DNA from: Hydrolagus colliei | Taxonomy: Eukaryota | Reading direction: 5' to 3' | NCBI GenBank assembly: GCA_035084275.1 | Contig: CM068743.1 | Coordinates: 77,996,001-78,060,000 of the forward strand | DNA length: 64,000 nt | Shown: in pieces, positions 36,293 through 49,529 of the stretch | Layout of the letters: each line of letters opens with the position of its first letter | Numbering within the stretch: position 1 is the first letter of the stretch | Program-made: the position numbers and the translations under genes | Notes under the pieces: generated by a model | Seen by the model: only the letters and a program-made list of their open reading frames with translations | Databases searched by the model: none | Told to the model about the DNA's origin: nothing

Positions 36293-37157
36293 AAACTATT
36301 TAAAATCTGTATTTTTGCTTCTCTTAACTTTAGTAGCAAACAATACTGTGTCAAGTGCAGTCCAAATGTCCAACAGTGAGTATTATGGTCTGCCATATTT
36401 ATGTGATGCCTTTATGTGATATTTAATATGAAACACATCCTTTTACAGACTGTAATCCTTCACGACCTTCACAATCTTGAGTGGGAAAGACTGACTGACT
36501 TTGTTAAAGATCATTTATTTTAAATCATATCTTTTACATCAGTCACACTGTACATTGTGTAGGATGTGTCTTTTACACTCAATTCCATTACAATGTGTTA
36601 CAAGAATTAACTTTTTAATTAAAAAGGGAGGTATGATCTGACACTATTTGCCCTCTTGCTTTAATAATGACTGCAGAACTTTACATTACCTATTACTGCC
36701 TCAGATCCAACCATTTGAGAGATTCCCATTTAGTGTTGCATGATGTCCGCTTGCACTAAAATGCTCCAATTCTTGAAAGAATGTATACTTTTTTTTGTTC
36801 CATTAGCAATTATTTTTGCACAAGTTCAGCAGAGCTACAAATGCTTACTTTTGTATAAATGCATGCTATGATATTGGCTTTGAGATACTGCATTTTCTCA
36901 TCTATATCTATAAACACTTGCTTAATATACATTAAGCAAGTGTTTATAGATTTTTTTCACTTCTGAATCATTGACTGCCAGTATATCTGCATTGACCCTC
37001 ATGATGTGGAATGAGTATTCTTGCAGGTTGATGCTGTTGGAACCTCAGGTGGGAAGACATTGATGGTAGACAAGCAAAAGAGCCTTTGTCTTCAATTATA
37101 AGGGTGATGGAGCTCATCCAGGATTTGTTAATACTATTAATCAAACAGGAGAACATC

Positions 37158-37444
37158 TCACAGGTTTGTACTGTAAAGTGTCCTGACTGTATTTTGTGGT
37201 CAAATGCTGCAGCAAATTTATACACAACAGAGAAGTTTGTTTCATAAACTGCCATGAAATGAATGACCACTTTTACTTGGGGAAGTATTGGCCAGGACAC
37301 TGGGACAAACTTCTCTGTTGAAATAGTACCAAGGGATCTTTAATATCCACCTGAACAAATAGAAAGGGCCTGAATTTAAGCATCACATCCAAAGGGTGGC
37401 ACCTCCGACAATTCAGCGCATCCCCAGCACTGCACTGGAGTGTC
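37158..37444 (-). mobile_element. Deu-domain SINE (SacSINE1-like)
   Basis: ttggccaggacac...gggatctttaatatccacctgaac...ggcacctccgacaa...gcactgcactggagtgtc is the reverse complement of the 17468-17863 type. Confidence 0.8.
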
Positions 37445-37589
37445 TGACGAAGTGAGTTCATCAAGTATCCTCTCAAATTTTGGATGTTTCCTGCTTTAAC
37501 CGTAGCTTTCAGCAGTGAGTTCATCAAAAAAACTCCTTAACTTCTCTTTTAAATCTGCTTACAATTTCATTACTGTCTTACAATTAATG

Positions 37590-37750
37590 TCACCACATTT
37601 TAGACTCACCAACAAGGGGAAACAGCCTTTCAACTTCCACCTTATTGAATCCTTTCATCATTTTAAGTGCATTCATCGGGTGCCTTCTCAATCATCTCTC
37701 CTCCAGAAAGAAAACCTCAAACCTGTCCAATCTCTCTTGATAGCTGTTAA
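37590..37750 (-). mobile_element. CR1 LINE fragment
   Basis: tcatcattttaagtgcattcatcgggtgccttctcaatcatctctcctccagaaagaaaacctcaaacctgtccaatctctcttgatagc is antisense to the CR1 C-terminal coding region. Confidence 0.7.
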
Positions 37751-38032
37751 GTGGCAGGAGCATTTATTTAAAGCCAACTGTTTTGCTGCTTCCTGATATC
37801 CTATGTAAGTTATCCCTGAGTCCAACAAAACCTAGCAACTCTATTACATGTAAGTCACATCTAAAATAGCTTCAGGTGACAAACAACTTCTTGATAAGAC
37901 TAACATTTACAATCGGTGAACTGTATTATGATTTTAGTCAGAAAAGAAAAGCAAACGTGCATTATGTGTATATTTTTAACCTGCCAATTGTCACTCATCT
38001 TGTCAGGCATTTATTCAAATCAGCTACTTGTC

Positions 38033-38092
38033 ATTCAGCCAGTCAGCCAGCCAGTCAGTCAGTTAGTTACTTAGTCAGTCAGTCAGTCAGTC
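38033..38092. repeat. (CAGY)n tetranucleotide microsatellite
   Basis: cagccagtcagccagccagtcagtcagttagttacttagtcagtcagtcagtcagtc. Confidence 0.85.
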
Positions 38093-39017
38093 ACACCACA
38101 GGTGTCAAATCTTCCTCAGTTTTGAGCTGTGCCAATAGAAGGGTTGTGCTTTACTCCCAAATCCTTCAGTCTGACCTAACAACACATCACAACATATTTA
38201 ATCTGAGCCTCAGTTAGGAGACTCTTCTGGTTATTAACTCAGAAAGGCCAAGAACAAAGTGGATGGTAAATAAGCCATGTTGCTTTGGAGTATTGAATTG
38301 ACTAAATGGAGGTTGGAAAATCTCTACAGTCCTGTTGAGCTGGGTGCTGCTTCTCTTTGCCTTAAACAAACTGAACTGTTAATTGAGTCACTCACTGTAA
38401 CCAACAATCTCTAAAGATTAAGATACATAAGCACTACATTTTAAAAAATGTCTTCCAAATTAAATTATGGTGTTATAAGGATAATTTAATTAAGCGAGGT
38501 AACAAATGACTTTTGGTGCTTTAAATAGATTGCTGGATAAATGAACGGAAATACAGCAAATATCTATTATTTTCTATTGAATCAAATTGTACTCCAAATC
38601 TTTGATGAAACATTTAAGTCAGCAGCTCAGAATTTTTTTAATGTCAGACATATGCTTAAGAATATCCAAACCAAACATTCCATGTATACATGAAAATCCC
38701 AGAGTAATTATTGGACATAGGTTGCAAGAGCCATGGCCTGGTGACCCCTGAGTCTGTGTTGGGGTACTGCTGGAGTCTGATCAGCAAAAACTGTGAACCC
38801 ACCAGACTCAGGAACTGGATTAACAAGACCACCACAGAGGGCTAGCTCGATTGTGACATTCCGTTAACAAACATGTCACCTTGGAGCTTGTTCAGTTTTT
38901 TGTTCAGGAGTCTCGACATTTGACAAGTGCAGGTTTATGCCCTCACTAGGTGGATGGCAACTTCCTGATTGGCAACACAGCTCAGCGTGAAATGCATGAG
39001 AGCATTACCACCATTGT

Positions 39018-39360
39018 GGAGACCTGTAGCTTAATGGTTAGAGCAAGCAAGAGACCTGGGTTCAACACCCAGCAGGGCAAAATAACTTTCTTTATTCCAC
39101 ACAGAGCTGTTTACCCAGCAGTAAGTAGGAACCCGGTTTTTAGTCAATTGGCAGTTCGCTTTTCCATTATTTATAATGCATTTAAAAAAATGCGGTCACC
39201 TAATCCACGATTGTTTGTGGGACAAAGCTATGCACAATTGGCTGCCATGTTAGACCCTCAAATATACAGTCAAATTCACTTTGCAGAATATTCTGTGAAG
39301 CGCTTTGTGAGATGTAGAGGACATGAAAAGTGCTATATGACAGGCAAGGATTATTATTAT
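39018..39360 (+). mobile_element. Near full-length tRNA-derived SINE (long subfamily)
   Basis: A box tagcttaatgg, B box ggttcaacacc, ctgtttacccagcagtaagtaggaacccgg segment, Deu-like block and (TTA)n tail. Confidence 0.9.
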
Positions 39361-42150
39361 CTTCCTGTCCACAGCTTGGACACAGATGCCTTCCTATTGA
39401 GCGATGGTTCCACCAGCTGGAGGTGTGGTGCTTGAGCAGCTGTTTACCTCTCTGCAGGCCTCTCATCACGATGGATTCCAAGTGCTGGATGTACGGACAT
39501 GTGTTCACGAACTTGAACTCCCACATGACATATTCCTAAATCTGTCGCCCCAAATCTCAGAGTTTCCTCATCACTATTTGATGGTGATCTGCCTTCAGCG
39601 TGGTGGAACAATCTTTATGAGACTCTAATTTGCCAGCTGCCTTGATGTTCTCCAGGTTCAACTACATGCAACGTACCAAACTTACTCAGAACAAACTGCT
39701 TAACCCAGATCCTCATTTGAAGGGCCTTGGCAAATGGATGCGTCCACTGTGAAGCTAACTGCATCTACAGAGAACAGGTTAGTGTGGGGCTAGAGCTCTC
39801 CCACCTCACAGCCACCTCCTGTGTTAGCCGCAAGTTCACCTGATGCTTGATCTTGACTTTGCAAATGGGCCAGAGAAATTGATTAATTAGAAAGACATAG
39901 GGGGAGAGAAACTATTTCAAAGGCTTTCCACTATGTGACTTTGTCACTATTCTATCTGGAGTGTATGTTGAAGATTCCACTATAACATTTGAAATGAGAA
40001 TGGAGTTTCTATGCACAAAATTGCTGCAGTGTTTGCCTCCAATAAACAATGACTGCAGCAACAGAAACAGCTTGCATTTATGTAGCACTCTTCACATAGG
40101 ATAATGTCTCAGAGCGCTTATCAACAGTGGAACTTGACACTGACCTATGACAGGAATTACCATAAAGCTCTTCAATGCAATCTCAACAGTGCTGTTGCTA
40201 TAAAAAATACCAAGTTCTTTCTGATTGTAAAGATCAAGTTGCAATATAAATTCATAGCAAGCTTGAAACATTTCTGGACTACAACAACAACTTGGATTTA
40301 TATAGCACCCTCCATGCTAGACGGCATCTCAGAGCGCTTAAACTAGAGCAGAGCTTTAGGGTCAGTGGTCAGCCCACCCTGGCAGTAAAAGTAAAAGCAC
40401 CAAACCACTAACTTTCTCAAAAATCTAATGCAACTTTTATAGAACCCCTTGTGTTCATCACACGCAACCCCTGTATGAAGTAAAAGATGACCCCAAATGA
40501 ATCATTATCTAGTTTTACCTTAAAAAAACCCGCCTACGCCAACATTTTTCAAGAGCAAGTGACAAAACTGCACTGAGGCTGAGTTTCATGTTGTCATCTG
40601 TATGTTGATTTGAAATGAAGATAAGTGTTGCACAGGGGACCTGAGCACAAGACATCCCAGTTACTCACCGCGCTGCCCGACAGTATATTTATAGTAAACC
40701 TGAAACCAAGTGTCAGTTATATTATTCGTTTTGTTTGGAGAATTCTTTTACCCTGGATCCGCTTTTTTTTAATATGCAATTGGAATTGACTGTAGCGTGA
40801 TGCTAATTAGTCCTCATAGTGTTCATCTTGCAAGGTTATATTAATATTTAAATGAAGGTATGATGGGATTCAAAACCTACAGCTGGGACGTAGCTGTCAG
40901 CACTTAGGTGAAATTGTTGCTGTGCTCCTGTCTGGTGTCATGTCACCTGGCATTCTACAATTTGTCTTACTTTACTTTGAGGATTGAAACTAATAGTCTA
41001 TTTATTAACTTCCATGTCGGGGTCTAACAGTGAGATGTGGACCAGCCAGGTTTTTTAAAAATTCTTATTAATTGCAACTTCCAATTGGCGAATTTTCAGA
41101 TGGTGAATCTTGCACCAAATCCACAGAAGAAGAGAATTTAGATTCACAATCCAGCAAGGATAAAATGGAGAGCCAACCAAAAAATGCCGGCTAGAGATAT
41201 TTTGTTGGAAGGACTTTCACTTTGATCCCTACCAATTTGGAATCCATTGCCTCCTGGCCAATTGTCACAATCCGAATACTCTGAAGCACAGTGATGGGTT
41301 TCCGCATGTGTCAGACACCCCAAAGGAAAACAAAATCAGATAACCACAAGCAACAATTAACGTAAGAGACTTTGTGCGTGTCGTATTTTAAACCCCAGTG
41401 ACAGTTTTTATGAGATAGCCAAACTAATCATAAACTGTGAATGGAACCAAAATATCTCCACTGAAGTCATTTCAGTGTCTCTTCAGTTTAGATGCTCATA
41501 TATCACGAAAATTGTGGTTGAAATGCCATGACGACCAAGGATTGATAGTGCCCCTCAACAGATACCAATGACAAACAGCACATGCAGCACCAACCTGCCT
41601 CCTGCTCGCACTCAACTCCCTTCCTTTTCTTTTGTTAATTTGCAATAAGGGTGAAGAGTAGTTGTGACCATCTACTTTATGTAAAAAGAAGCTTGTATCA
41701 CTTGTATCTCGAATATGTCTATTTAATCCTATCACTATTTTCCATAGAGAAAGATATACAAAACCATCAGGTTGATTTTTGCGATATTACATGATTAAGA
41801 AATTGGCAATTTTGTAATACTGTTTGGCAGGGACATTGCTGCACCACAAATTATCGTCTGAGCAGATTGCTTCTTCTTTCTGAGCACACTCGACCATGCC
41901 TACGGTCATCTTCGCCTCCCTGGCATCATGCACCATAATTCTCAAGTGTTGTGGGATGTTACCCTGTGTGAGGGGCGCGATATGAATGCATGTTGTTGTT
42001 TTTTGGGTGTGTCGATGGACTTGAGTCAGGGCTCTGGTTCCTGGAACGAGTCGATGCTTCTTAATCGAAACATTCTGTTTCCCCCCCAAATTGACCCATT
42101 TTCATTTTTATCCTCTTAACTCCGACCCCACTTCAGGCATGCAGGAAGGC

Positions 42151-42500
42151 ATAATAAATAATAATGAAATTTTAGTCCTTGCTTTTGATATAGCAGCTTA
42201 TCACATCTTCAAGAAGTCTCAAAGCACTTCACAGAATATACTGCAAAATGAATTTTCCGTATATTTTGAAATATTGTGAAACACAGCAGCCAATTGTGCA
42301 CAACAGTGCCCTACAAACAGTCATGAATTGAGTGACAAAATTATTATTGAAATAATTTTTTCAAAGAGATTACTAGCCCTGGAAAAGCAATTTGCCAATC
42401 AATTAACAACTGGTTTCCTACTTACCTCTGGGTAAGCAGAGGCACTTGGAGTAAGCAAACTTGCCCAACGTTTTATCCGGCCTGGGAATCAAACCCAGGT
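42151..42500 (-). mobile_element. tRNA-derived SINE, head truncated (long subfamily)
   Basis: Tail, body and B box (gggaatcaaacccagg on +) are homologous to 39018-39360. Confidence 0.85.
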
Positions 42501-43194
42501 AAAAGAGAAAAGCTGCACCAGAGTTGGTCTTCGTGTTTGGAGCTCCCACTAGAATGTAAATTTAACTCGAGACTTGTGCCTCTATGGAGTTGACAAAGTG
42601 GAAATATATATCTCCTCCAGTGCTGTGCCAACTGATTATTTTGAAACTCAAATATTCTATCAGTAATTGGAATAATGAATCGAATATTCAGGTACACTAA
42701 AGCTGTCATAAAAATGGCACAGGTTCTTGGGTAAATGTGCACTCAGTGTCTCGCACAGCAATGTGTTAATGTCATGCTGGATGAACACAAGTATGCTTCG
42801 ATTACATTCTGCAGCTAATACATTTGTCAATTGCCTAGCGAACAAACCACTGTTTATTCTGTTATTGAAACAGCAGTACTGAGCTTTCGTGGAACGTGAA
42901 TTGAACAATACAACACTGTACTGTGTACATATTGACTGGATTAACAGCAAATCAATTCAATTACAGAAATAATGAGCAATCTGTGTCCTAGCAGAACAAA
43001 AGTGTGTGTTGTGTAGGAGCCTGCAGCACACAGGCATACAGTTACAGCAGCATTAGTTGAATGTGTGAAATCCAAACCCAAGTAGACAAGGGCAGAATAA
43101 CTGTGCAGTTTTCCGTTTTTATTCATCTTGTATTAATCAAAGTAAAGGATGTCGATGCTGTGATATGGAAAATATGTCGATTTTTTTGCATACA

Positions 43195-43350
43195 GTGTCA
43201 ACATCAAGTAATCGTGGGTCAGGTATAGCCACAGATTAGATGCAATTCCGAGGTCCCTTTAGGCTGCCCAACAATGGATTTTACCCCTGACATTTGAGAT
43301 GCTCCTCACCCAATGCACTACTCCTGGCAATTTGATTCTCCCACTCCTGC
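43195..43350 (-). mobile_element. Possible 3' part of an LF-SINE-related element
   Basis: gggtcaggtatagccacagattagatgcaattccgaggtccct is antisense to the 3' segment seen at about 16640-16700. Confidence 0.4.
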
Positions 43351-43849
43351 CATCTTTACACCCTGTGTGTGTAAACCTGTCCAATTACTGGCAATTAACG
43401 CTGACTTATAGACAGTTTTACTCTGTGGATTTCCACCCACTGGGAGCCCGAGACAAAATGTCCAACCTAATTTAAATTAGGACGTCCTAATAGCCAATGC
43501 AGACAAGCCTTTCTTCACATCACTCCAAAATGAATTTATGAATCATGATCCCACAGGTAAAAGGACAATGTCCCACTCTATCATGCCATTTTGTCTTGAA
43601 ATTTCCTGTTTCTGGAAACTTCACACCAGAAGTGCACACCCAGACTCTTACAAAAATGCCCTACAACCACAGGAGACCAAGTCTGTTACCAATGCTATCC
43701 TCACCTGATTCACAATGTTAGAAATTGAAGCATATTCCTGTGATCAATGAGATGGTGAGATTTCTTGCATCATGTTACTAGGGGAGAAAAATATTATCAA
43801 CAAAAGTTACATGTGGCTTCGCAACATCGAGGCTTCATCTAAATCTTTT

Positions 43850-45690
43850 TGGTAAGTTCTATAAATGTCTTGCCCATTCCCCAAACCCTGATAAAAGGGA
43901 AAGCACCTTCAGGTCTTCAAATAGCAGTGGGTAGAGGGTCACTGTTGTTTTAAGTGATACTATCATTGCCCATAATATGAGCATTAAACTCCCATTTTCC
44001 AAGGAGAGAACTGAATGAATAGAATTTACAATGTTGTCATTTTCTTGGACTTTAGAAAACATTGAGTGAAGTTTCACCAATGATGCTTTCAGAGGATTAA
44101 AGTGCTTGGAATTCTTGGAACATTTGCTAACTGGACTGACAATAAGATCACCAAGAGACAAAATACAGTCACTACCCTTCCTAGTAACAGTCCTGTGAAG
44201 CATTTTAAGTCGTCTTGATGATGTGATAAGACGTCATATAAAATACAAGTATTATTATATAACTGACGAGACTGCCTAGGAGATAGTGTAATAATTAGTG
44301 ATTGTCTGCAAGGGAATTTCGTATAGGGTTTACTGTGCCTGTTATACTACTGTACCCCACACTAAATCATATATTGCAGAGCATTTAATATTTGAATTAA
44401 TAATAATAATCCTTACATTTGACATAGTGCTTTTCACATCTTCTAGACGTCTCAAAGTGCTTCATAGAATATACTGTAAAGTGAATTGAGTGTTTATTTG
44501 TGGGCGAAACATGGCAGCAAATTGTGCACAGCAGTGGCCTGTAAACAGTCATGCAATAAGTGACCAACTTATAGTTTTTCTTCTTGAGGGAATTATTATC
44601 ACGGATGTGGAGTACTGAAACTTGCCCAAGGTTTGGCCTGCCGGGAATCAAACCCAGATCTCTCGTTTACTGGGTGAGTGCTCTAACCACTGAGCCACAG
44701 GACTCCAGATCACCAAGTTATGTATCTAAGCGATTGTGAAGGAGAGACTGATAGTGATTAAATGGATTGGGACACATTGTTCGGCCAAGGAGTGATGAAT
44801 AGATATCAATAATGTAGCATAATACACATTGATGGAGCAGGTGTAAAACACAAGTGCACAATAGATTGGTGTCTGCTGGCAAAGGTGAGAAAGGAAAGAT
44901 CAGTGTGTGATTATCGATCAATCACTGAAGGTTTCCAGTCAATTCAAAGCTACTGTCAACAAAACAAGTCAAACACTGGGTTGCATAATGAAGCTATTTA
45001 ACTACAAATTGAAAAAAGTTATTTTGATCGAGAATCATTCAGGAAGCCATTTGTAATTGTAAGAAAGGAAGAGGGAGGACATCAAATTAATTAACTTTGG
45101 TAATTAAGCCCATCATATTCTCTTCTGGTCAGTATATTTGTTCGAGTTTATAATGGAGTATAATATCCCCTTCAGTATTGAAGATAGTTTAGAGAACAGT
45201 GGCACAGATGATCCCATGACTTAAACCTTTTTAGTGGAAGGAAGATTAAGAGGGTATATATCCTGGTCTGGTCTACAAACTACTGATCCACAGTTGATTT
45301 AGTAAACTGCAGTATTTCATTTCAAGTTTGTTTGCAGAGTTCAAAGGCATGGGTACAAAATTGATGAAGCTTGAGCGAGATTAGAGATTAGAAGAAATTT
45401 GTTTTCCCACAGAGTCATTTATATGCAGAATGTATGTCCATCAAAGCAAATAATCTTGATCAGCTCCTTCTTAAGAGAGCTGGACGCATAGATGGTTAAA
45501 TGGGAGATTGAAAGGTTTAAGGTTAAGTATGGAAAGGTCTGATCAAATGCTCTGTGAAACATGATGTTTTGCAACTGCTGGGAACATGGAAATGGTGTGT
45601 GGGAGATGCGGGGATGAAGACGGCAGATTTTAATATTTAGCTGAGATACTGTAAAGTTTGCTGATTCCTTGTTCTATGTATTGTGATTAC
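43850..45690 (+). mobile_element. Ancient, heavily decayed CR1 LINE (RT to 3' UTR) interrupted by SINEs
   Basis: Collinear remnants: VIFLDFRK (about 44035), VLGILGTFANW (about 44100), IIDQSLKVSSQFKATVNKTSQTLGCI (about 44910-44990), ggaagattaagaggg (about 45240) and a CR1-like 3' region. Confidence 0.75.
44397..44706 (-). mobile_element. Full-length tRNA-derived SINE (short subfamily)
   Basis: The minus strand begins GGAGTCCTGTGGCTCAGTGGTTAGAGCAC (A box), has GGTTTGATTCC (B box), and ends in an L2-like hairpin plus (TTA)n. Confidence 0.93.
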
Positions 45691-46504
45691 CTTGGAGAAC
45701 CAATAAAAGACTTCACACAATTTTGTCTGCATGGATGTTCCAATCTGAGGTTATTTAGCACCCTTGCAAGATTTAAATAATTGGACAATATTAAGAATGA
45801 TGGTCTGTATCCTCAGTCCCTTGATATACTGGAGTATAATTTGCAAGACACCAAAAGGGTTTGTGAATAGCAAATCCCATGAGTACCTGATTGAAAATAT
45901 CAGTTGAAAAGATCAAAAAGTGGATAAATCCAAACTTGGGTTTTCAAAAGCTTGTGGTCTGTGAAGAAAGACCAAGACTGACAAGAGTGAGGAGTTACAT
46001 GGACACACAGATAATTAGGCAAGGACACCTTATGATGCAATATTGAGCCATTCAGACCACAAGTGTTCAGTTCAAATCCTGGTTTATCTACATTTAGTTA
46101 AAATCAGGAGGGGATAGTACAAGCCTGTTTATCTATCACCCTCGGGACCTGGCCAATGCCAGTTAAAGTGCATGCCGGATATTCGGCTGAAAACGCAAAA
46201 AAAATTAAAATAGTGCATTTTTCCAGATAAATTCTGGTTAATCAAATGCAGACCTTTTTATTGCATTGACAGTTATACAGAAGTTACGGTTGATCGGGTT
46301 ACGGGCTTTTACTGCATTGGGTTTTAGGAGGGGATAGTGTTAGAAGGGGAATAATCTGCTTAAGGTTCTGATTACAACATTCCAACGTGATATGTGTTAA
46401 ACTAAATACTGTACAAGGAATATTATTATTATTTTATATATTTGTATATACTCTTAAGTGTTGCAACCTCACTGAAAGAGTCCTTCAATGCAAGAGATCA
46501 TCAT

Positions 46505-46600
46505 TCTGAACACAGAGTGATGGTCACACAGTACAGTATACACTGAACATAGAGTGAAGCGTACAGAGAGTGAACGTCACAATGTACACAGAGTGAAGAG
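46505..46600. repeat. Degenerate short tandem repeat
   Basis: Four units built on acacagagtga(a/t). Confidence 0.55.
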
Positions 46601-48544
46601 GTTAGAGTTCTAAGGCTGAGGAAACCCAATGTCAGTATTCATTCAGAGTGCCCCAGCTACAATGCTAAAATTTAACATGACCGAAACTGGGATTGATACT
46701 TTGGCGCCTTATTGAGTGATCTTCGTCCAGCTAACCTAGTAACTCTCCATCATTATAATCAGAAATTAAAGACTGCAGCTTGTTGATAGGAACCGGACAA
46801 GGGGCAACATACAAGATAACATAATCACAGGTTTAAATATGATGTTGACGTAACAAATTTACGGTTTTGTAGAAAATTCTTCTTATTTACAATTCTAATT
46901 TCTTTTTCATTATCCTGTTTTCTGAGAATTGTGGTGCGGGTAGAAAGACCCAGGGCAGAAGTAGTACTGTCATAGGAAAATAATTGAACGCAGTTAGAGG
47001 TGTTACAACTGCCCTTGGGGAGAGTTAGGAGTCTGAGAATGCAGAATTTCTTTTTATATTTTGGAAGTTCTGACGCTGTTTAAAGGAGTGTATGTCACGT
47101 TCTTTAATCACAAAGTTCAGCCAAAGCAAAAATATTACATTATAAAAACACCATGTGAAGTGCAGGAGAATGGCTATCCAGTAATATATACTTTATGCCT
47201 GTAATAAAAAAAATCAAAGCGACTGTGCTGTAATTGTATTTTACCCTGAAAGCTGCTGCAGGTGAATTATACGGAGCTATAAAGGGTTCGGAACCTTTTT
47301 TTTGTTTAAAAATGAGATGATTCTGCACCTTTTCCTTATAGAAATTTGCAATGGAGGCTTCTCGCCCGCTTAATAAGCCTATGCGTTCACTCAGCTTCTT
47401 GCCCTTATCCACCATAACCACTTTGTAAGCTTATAAAAATAATCTTTGCATTTGACGTAATGCCTTCCAAGTTGCGGGGATGTCACAAAGTACTTCACAG
47501 CTTTCACCAATAACTGTAGTGACTGTGTGTTATAGGTGAAACGGGCATAATCATGAGCATTTAGCAGTTAACATACACAATATGTCTGTTTTTTTTGTTC
47601 TGAAATAGAAAGCGCTCTAATATAACTTTATTTCTTACTTGGATTCCTTGGTGAAAATACGTTGCACAAATGGAGGACACGGAAATTCGTCATGCTGACC
47701 TCCAGGAACTTTACAGTTCCTTGGGAGCACAATGGAAATTCTGATGGGATTTCTCTGTAGGAATGTGATACAGACACATATTACAAATCTATTGCTGAGG
47801 TCTTGAATCAATACCTAGGTTCCAAATAGCCTAATTCAAAAGAAGCAGGGAGGAGTGTCATAGATAAAATCGGGCGTTGACTGAACATGTCTACATGTGA
47901 GGAACATTAGTGGCACTGGTAACCATAATTTCACTGTTTGCTGCTCACAGGGTTCCATTCCATTACTTGTGCTGACTAATGAAATGTTGTGAACAGTCAA
48001 CTGAAATGATATTTCATTTCTGGTATCAAAGTACTATTTGCCGTTGTACGGGTTACAAAGTTGAATGATTCTTGTCATATTAGAGTCAGTGGGAGATGGC
48101 CTTTACTACACTGCATTAGGCTGCTGTGCTCCCAGTTGTACACATTTGGACGATTAGATATCCGACTGGAATGTTTGCAGTCCAAAATGCATCTAGTTTC
48201 AAAAATAATTGAGTATGTATACTATATATATGATACATACTGCATATACGAAGATGGAAAACGTAACCATTAGCATGGTATGAGGATGTGATTTACCGTG
48301 TTTTTGAGTGGAAATTGTGCTTTTGGTGCAGTTGAGAATGTAGCTTTTCATTTTTACAGAATGTGATAGAATAGTTGCCTCCAGGGTGGCTGAATGGAAC
48401 CACTTTAATGAGGGCTTGTGGCTAACTTGCCTTACCACATGCACATTTCTATTAGTTCTGGTTACTTATGAGATCAAGAAGGTAACAATTAGGGACACCC
48501 TCTGAGGCAGGTTGGTAAACCTAAATTGCAGTGACTTGGATAAA

Positions 48545-48915
48545 TGACTGGACAACTGATGTTTCTCCCATTTGAACTCCAGTTCACATCCAGAACAGTT
48601 TTTTTCACCCCACAAATCAGACACTGGTCACGTTTTAAACAAAAAACCCAAGCAGCTTTTCAATCTGGATTTGGCATCCATAGAAACAAGTCTTTCCTTG
48701 TCCACCTTATCATTCACTTTACTAGCTTCAACAACTTGATCAAATTACCGCCTCAACCTCCAATGTTTGGAGTATTTCTTTACATTTGTCACATTAAACT
48801 TCAGTTGCCATATCTCAGCCCACTTGCCGAGTCAATCCTGTTCCTTCTAGCTTGTTTTTTTAAATTTACTGCAGGCAGCAAAATAAACCATCCAGTTGTC
48901 ATAGGCAATACTCAC
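48545..48915 (-). mobile_element. Old CR1 LINE RT fragment
   Basis: The minus strand reads LGKWAEIWQLKFNV near 48790-48835, matching the CR1 W..W.M.FN motif also seen near 63790. Confidence 0.75.
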
Positions 48916-49529
48916 TGTGTTACACTGTAAGTAATATTATTTATCTTTGCATGTTAAACAGTGTCTTATCATGTTTGAAGGACGTCTCAAAGAGTTTTGC
49001 ACAATTTTACTGTAAAGTGTAGTAACTGTGTATTTTGTAAGCAAAGTGAACAGCCAATTTATGCAATAACAAACATCCCATAAACAGCTATGAAGTGAGT
49101 AACTGATTTTATTTTAAATGGTGAAATGCGTAAATTACATTGTACAGTATTATGTTGTGATCTACCAATGGATTTGCGTCCACAAAATATACAGTCAATG
49201 CACTGAATGGTATATTCTGTGAAGTGCTTTAAGACATCTAGAAGTCATGAAAAGCGCTATATCAAATGGAAGGACTATTATTAGATTTAAGCTTTCTGGG
49301 ATGCTGCCCTGTGTGAGGAGTGCTATGTAAATGCAAGTTGTTGTCGGATATCTATTGTTGAGATGAATTGGTAGCTCAAAATGCAAGCAACTTTCAACAT
49401 GTAGGGTAAGATTCTACGATTAATAATAAATCTTTAAACAGTAAACAGCCTCTTCCAAATGGCCCTTTATTCCAGGATAATCCTGGAGGCGAAGGGCAAC
49501 CCTAGACTGCTGTTCTCTACCACAAACCG

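Noticed and set aside
37020-37110. Possible exon after ttcttgcag
   Set aside because: All three frames reach stops quickly; weak polypyrimidine tract and no recognisable peptide
38950-39435. 161-aa ORF
   Set aside because: Chance open frame through a SINE
44630-44706. tRNA gene (also at 59920-59991, 62386-62432 and 39018-39085)
   Set aside because: These are SINE heads: divergent stems, no T-rich terminator, and they continue into SINE bodies or are truncated
46035-46200. AmnSINE2-like SINE remnants (also about 7640-7860 and 51930-52080)
   Set aside because: Resemblance too weak to assign by eye
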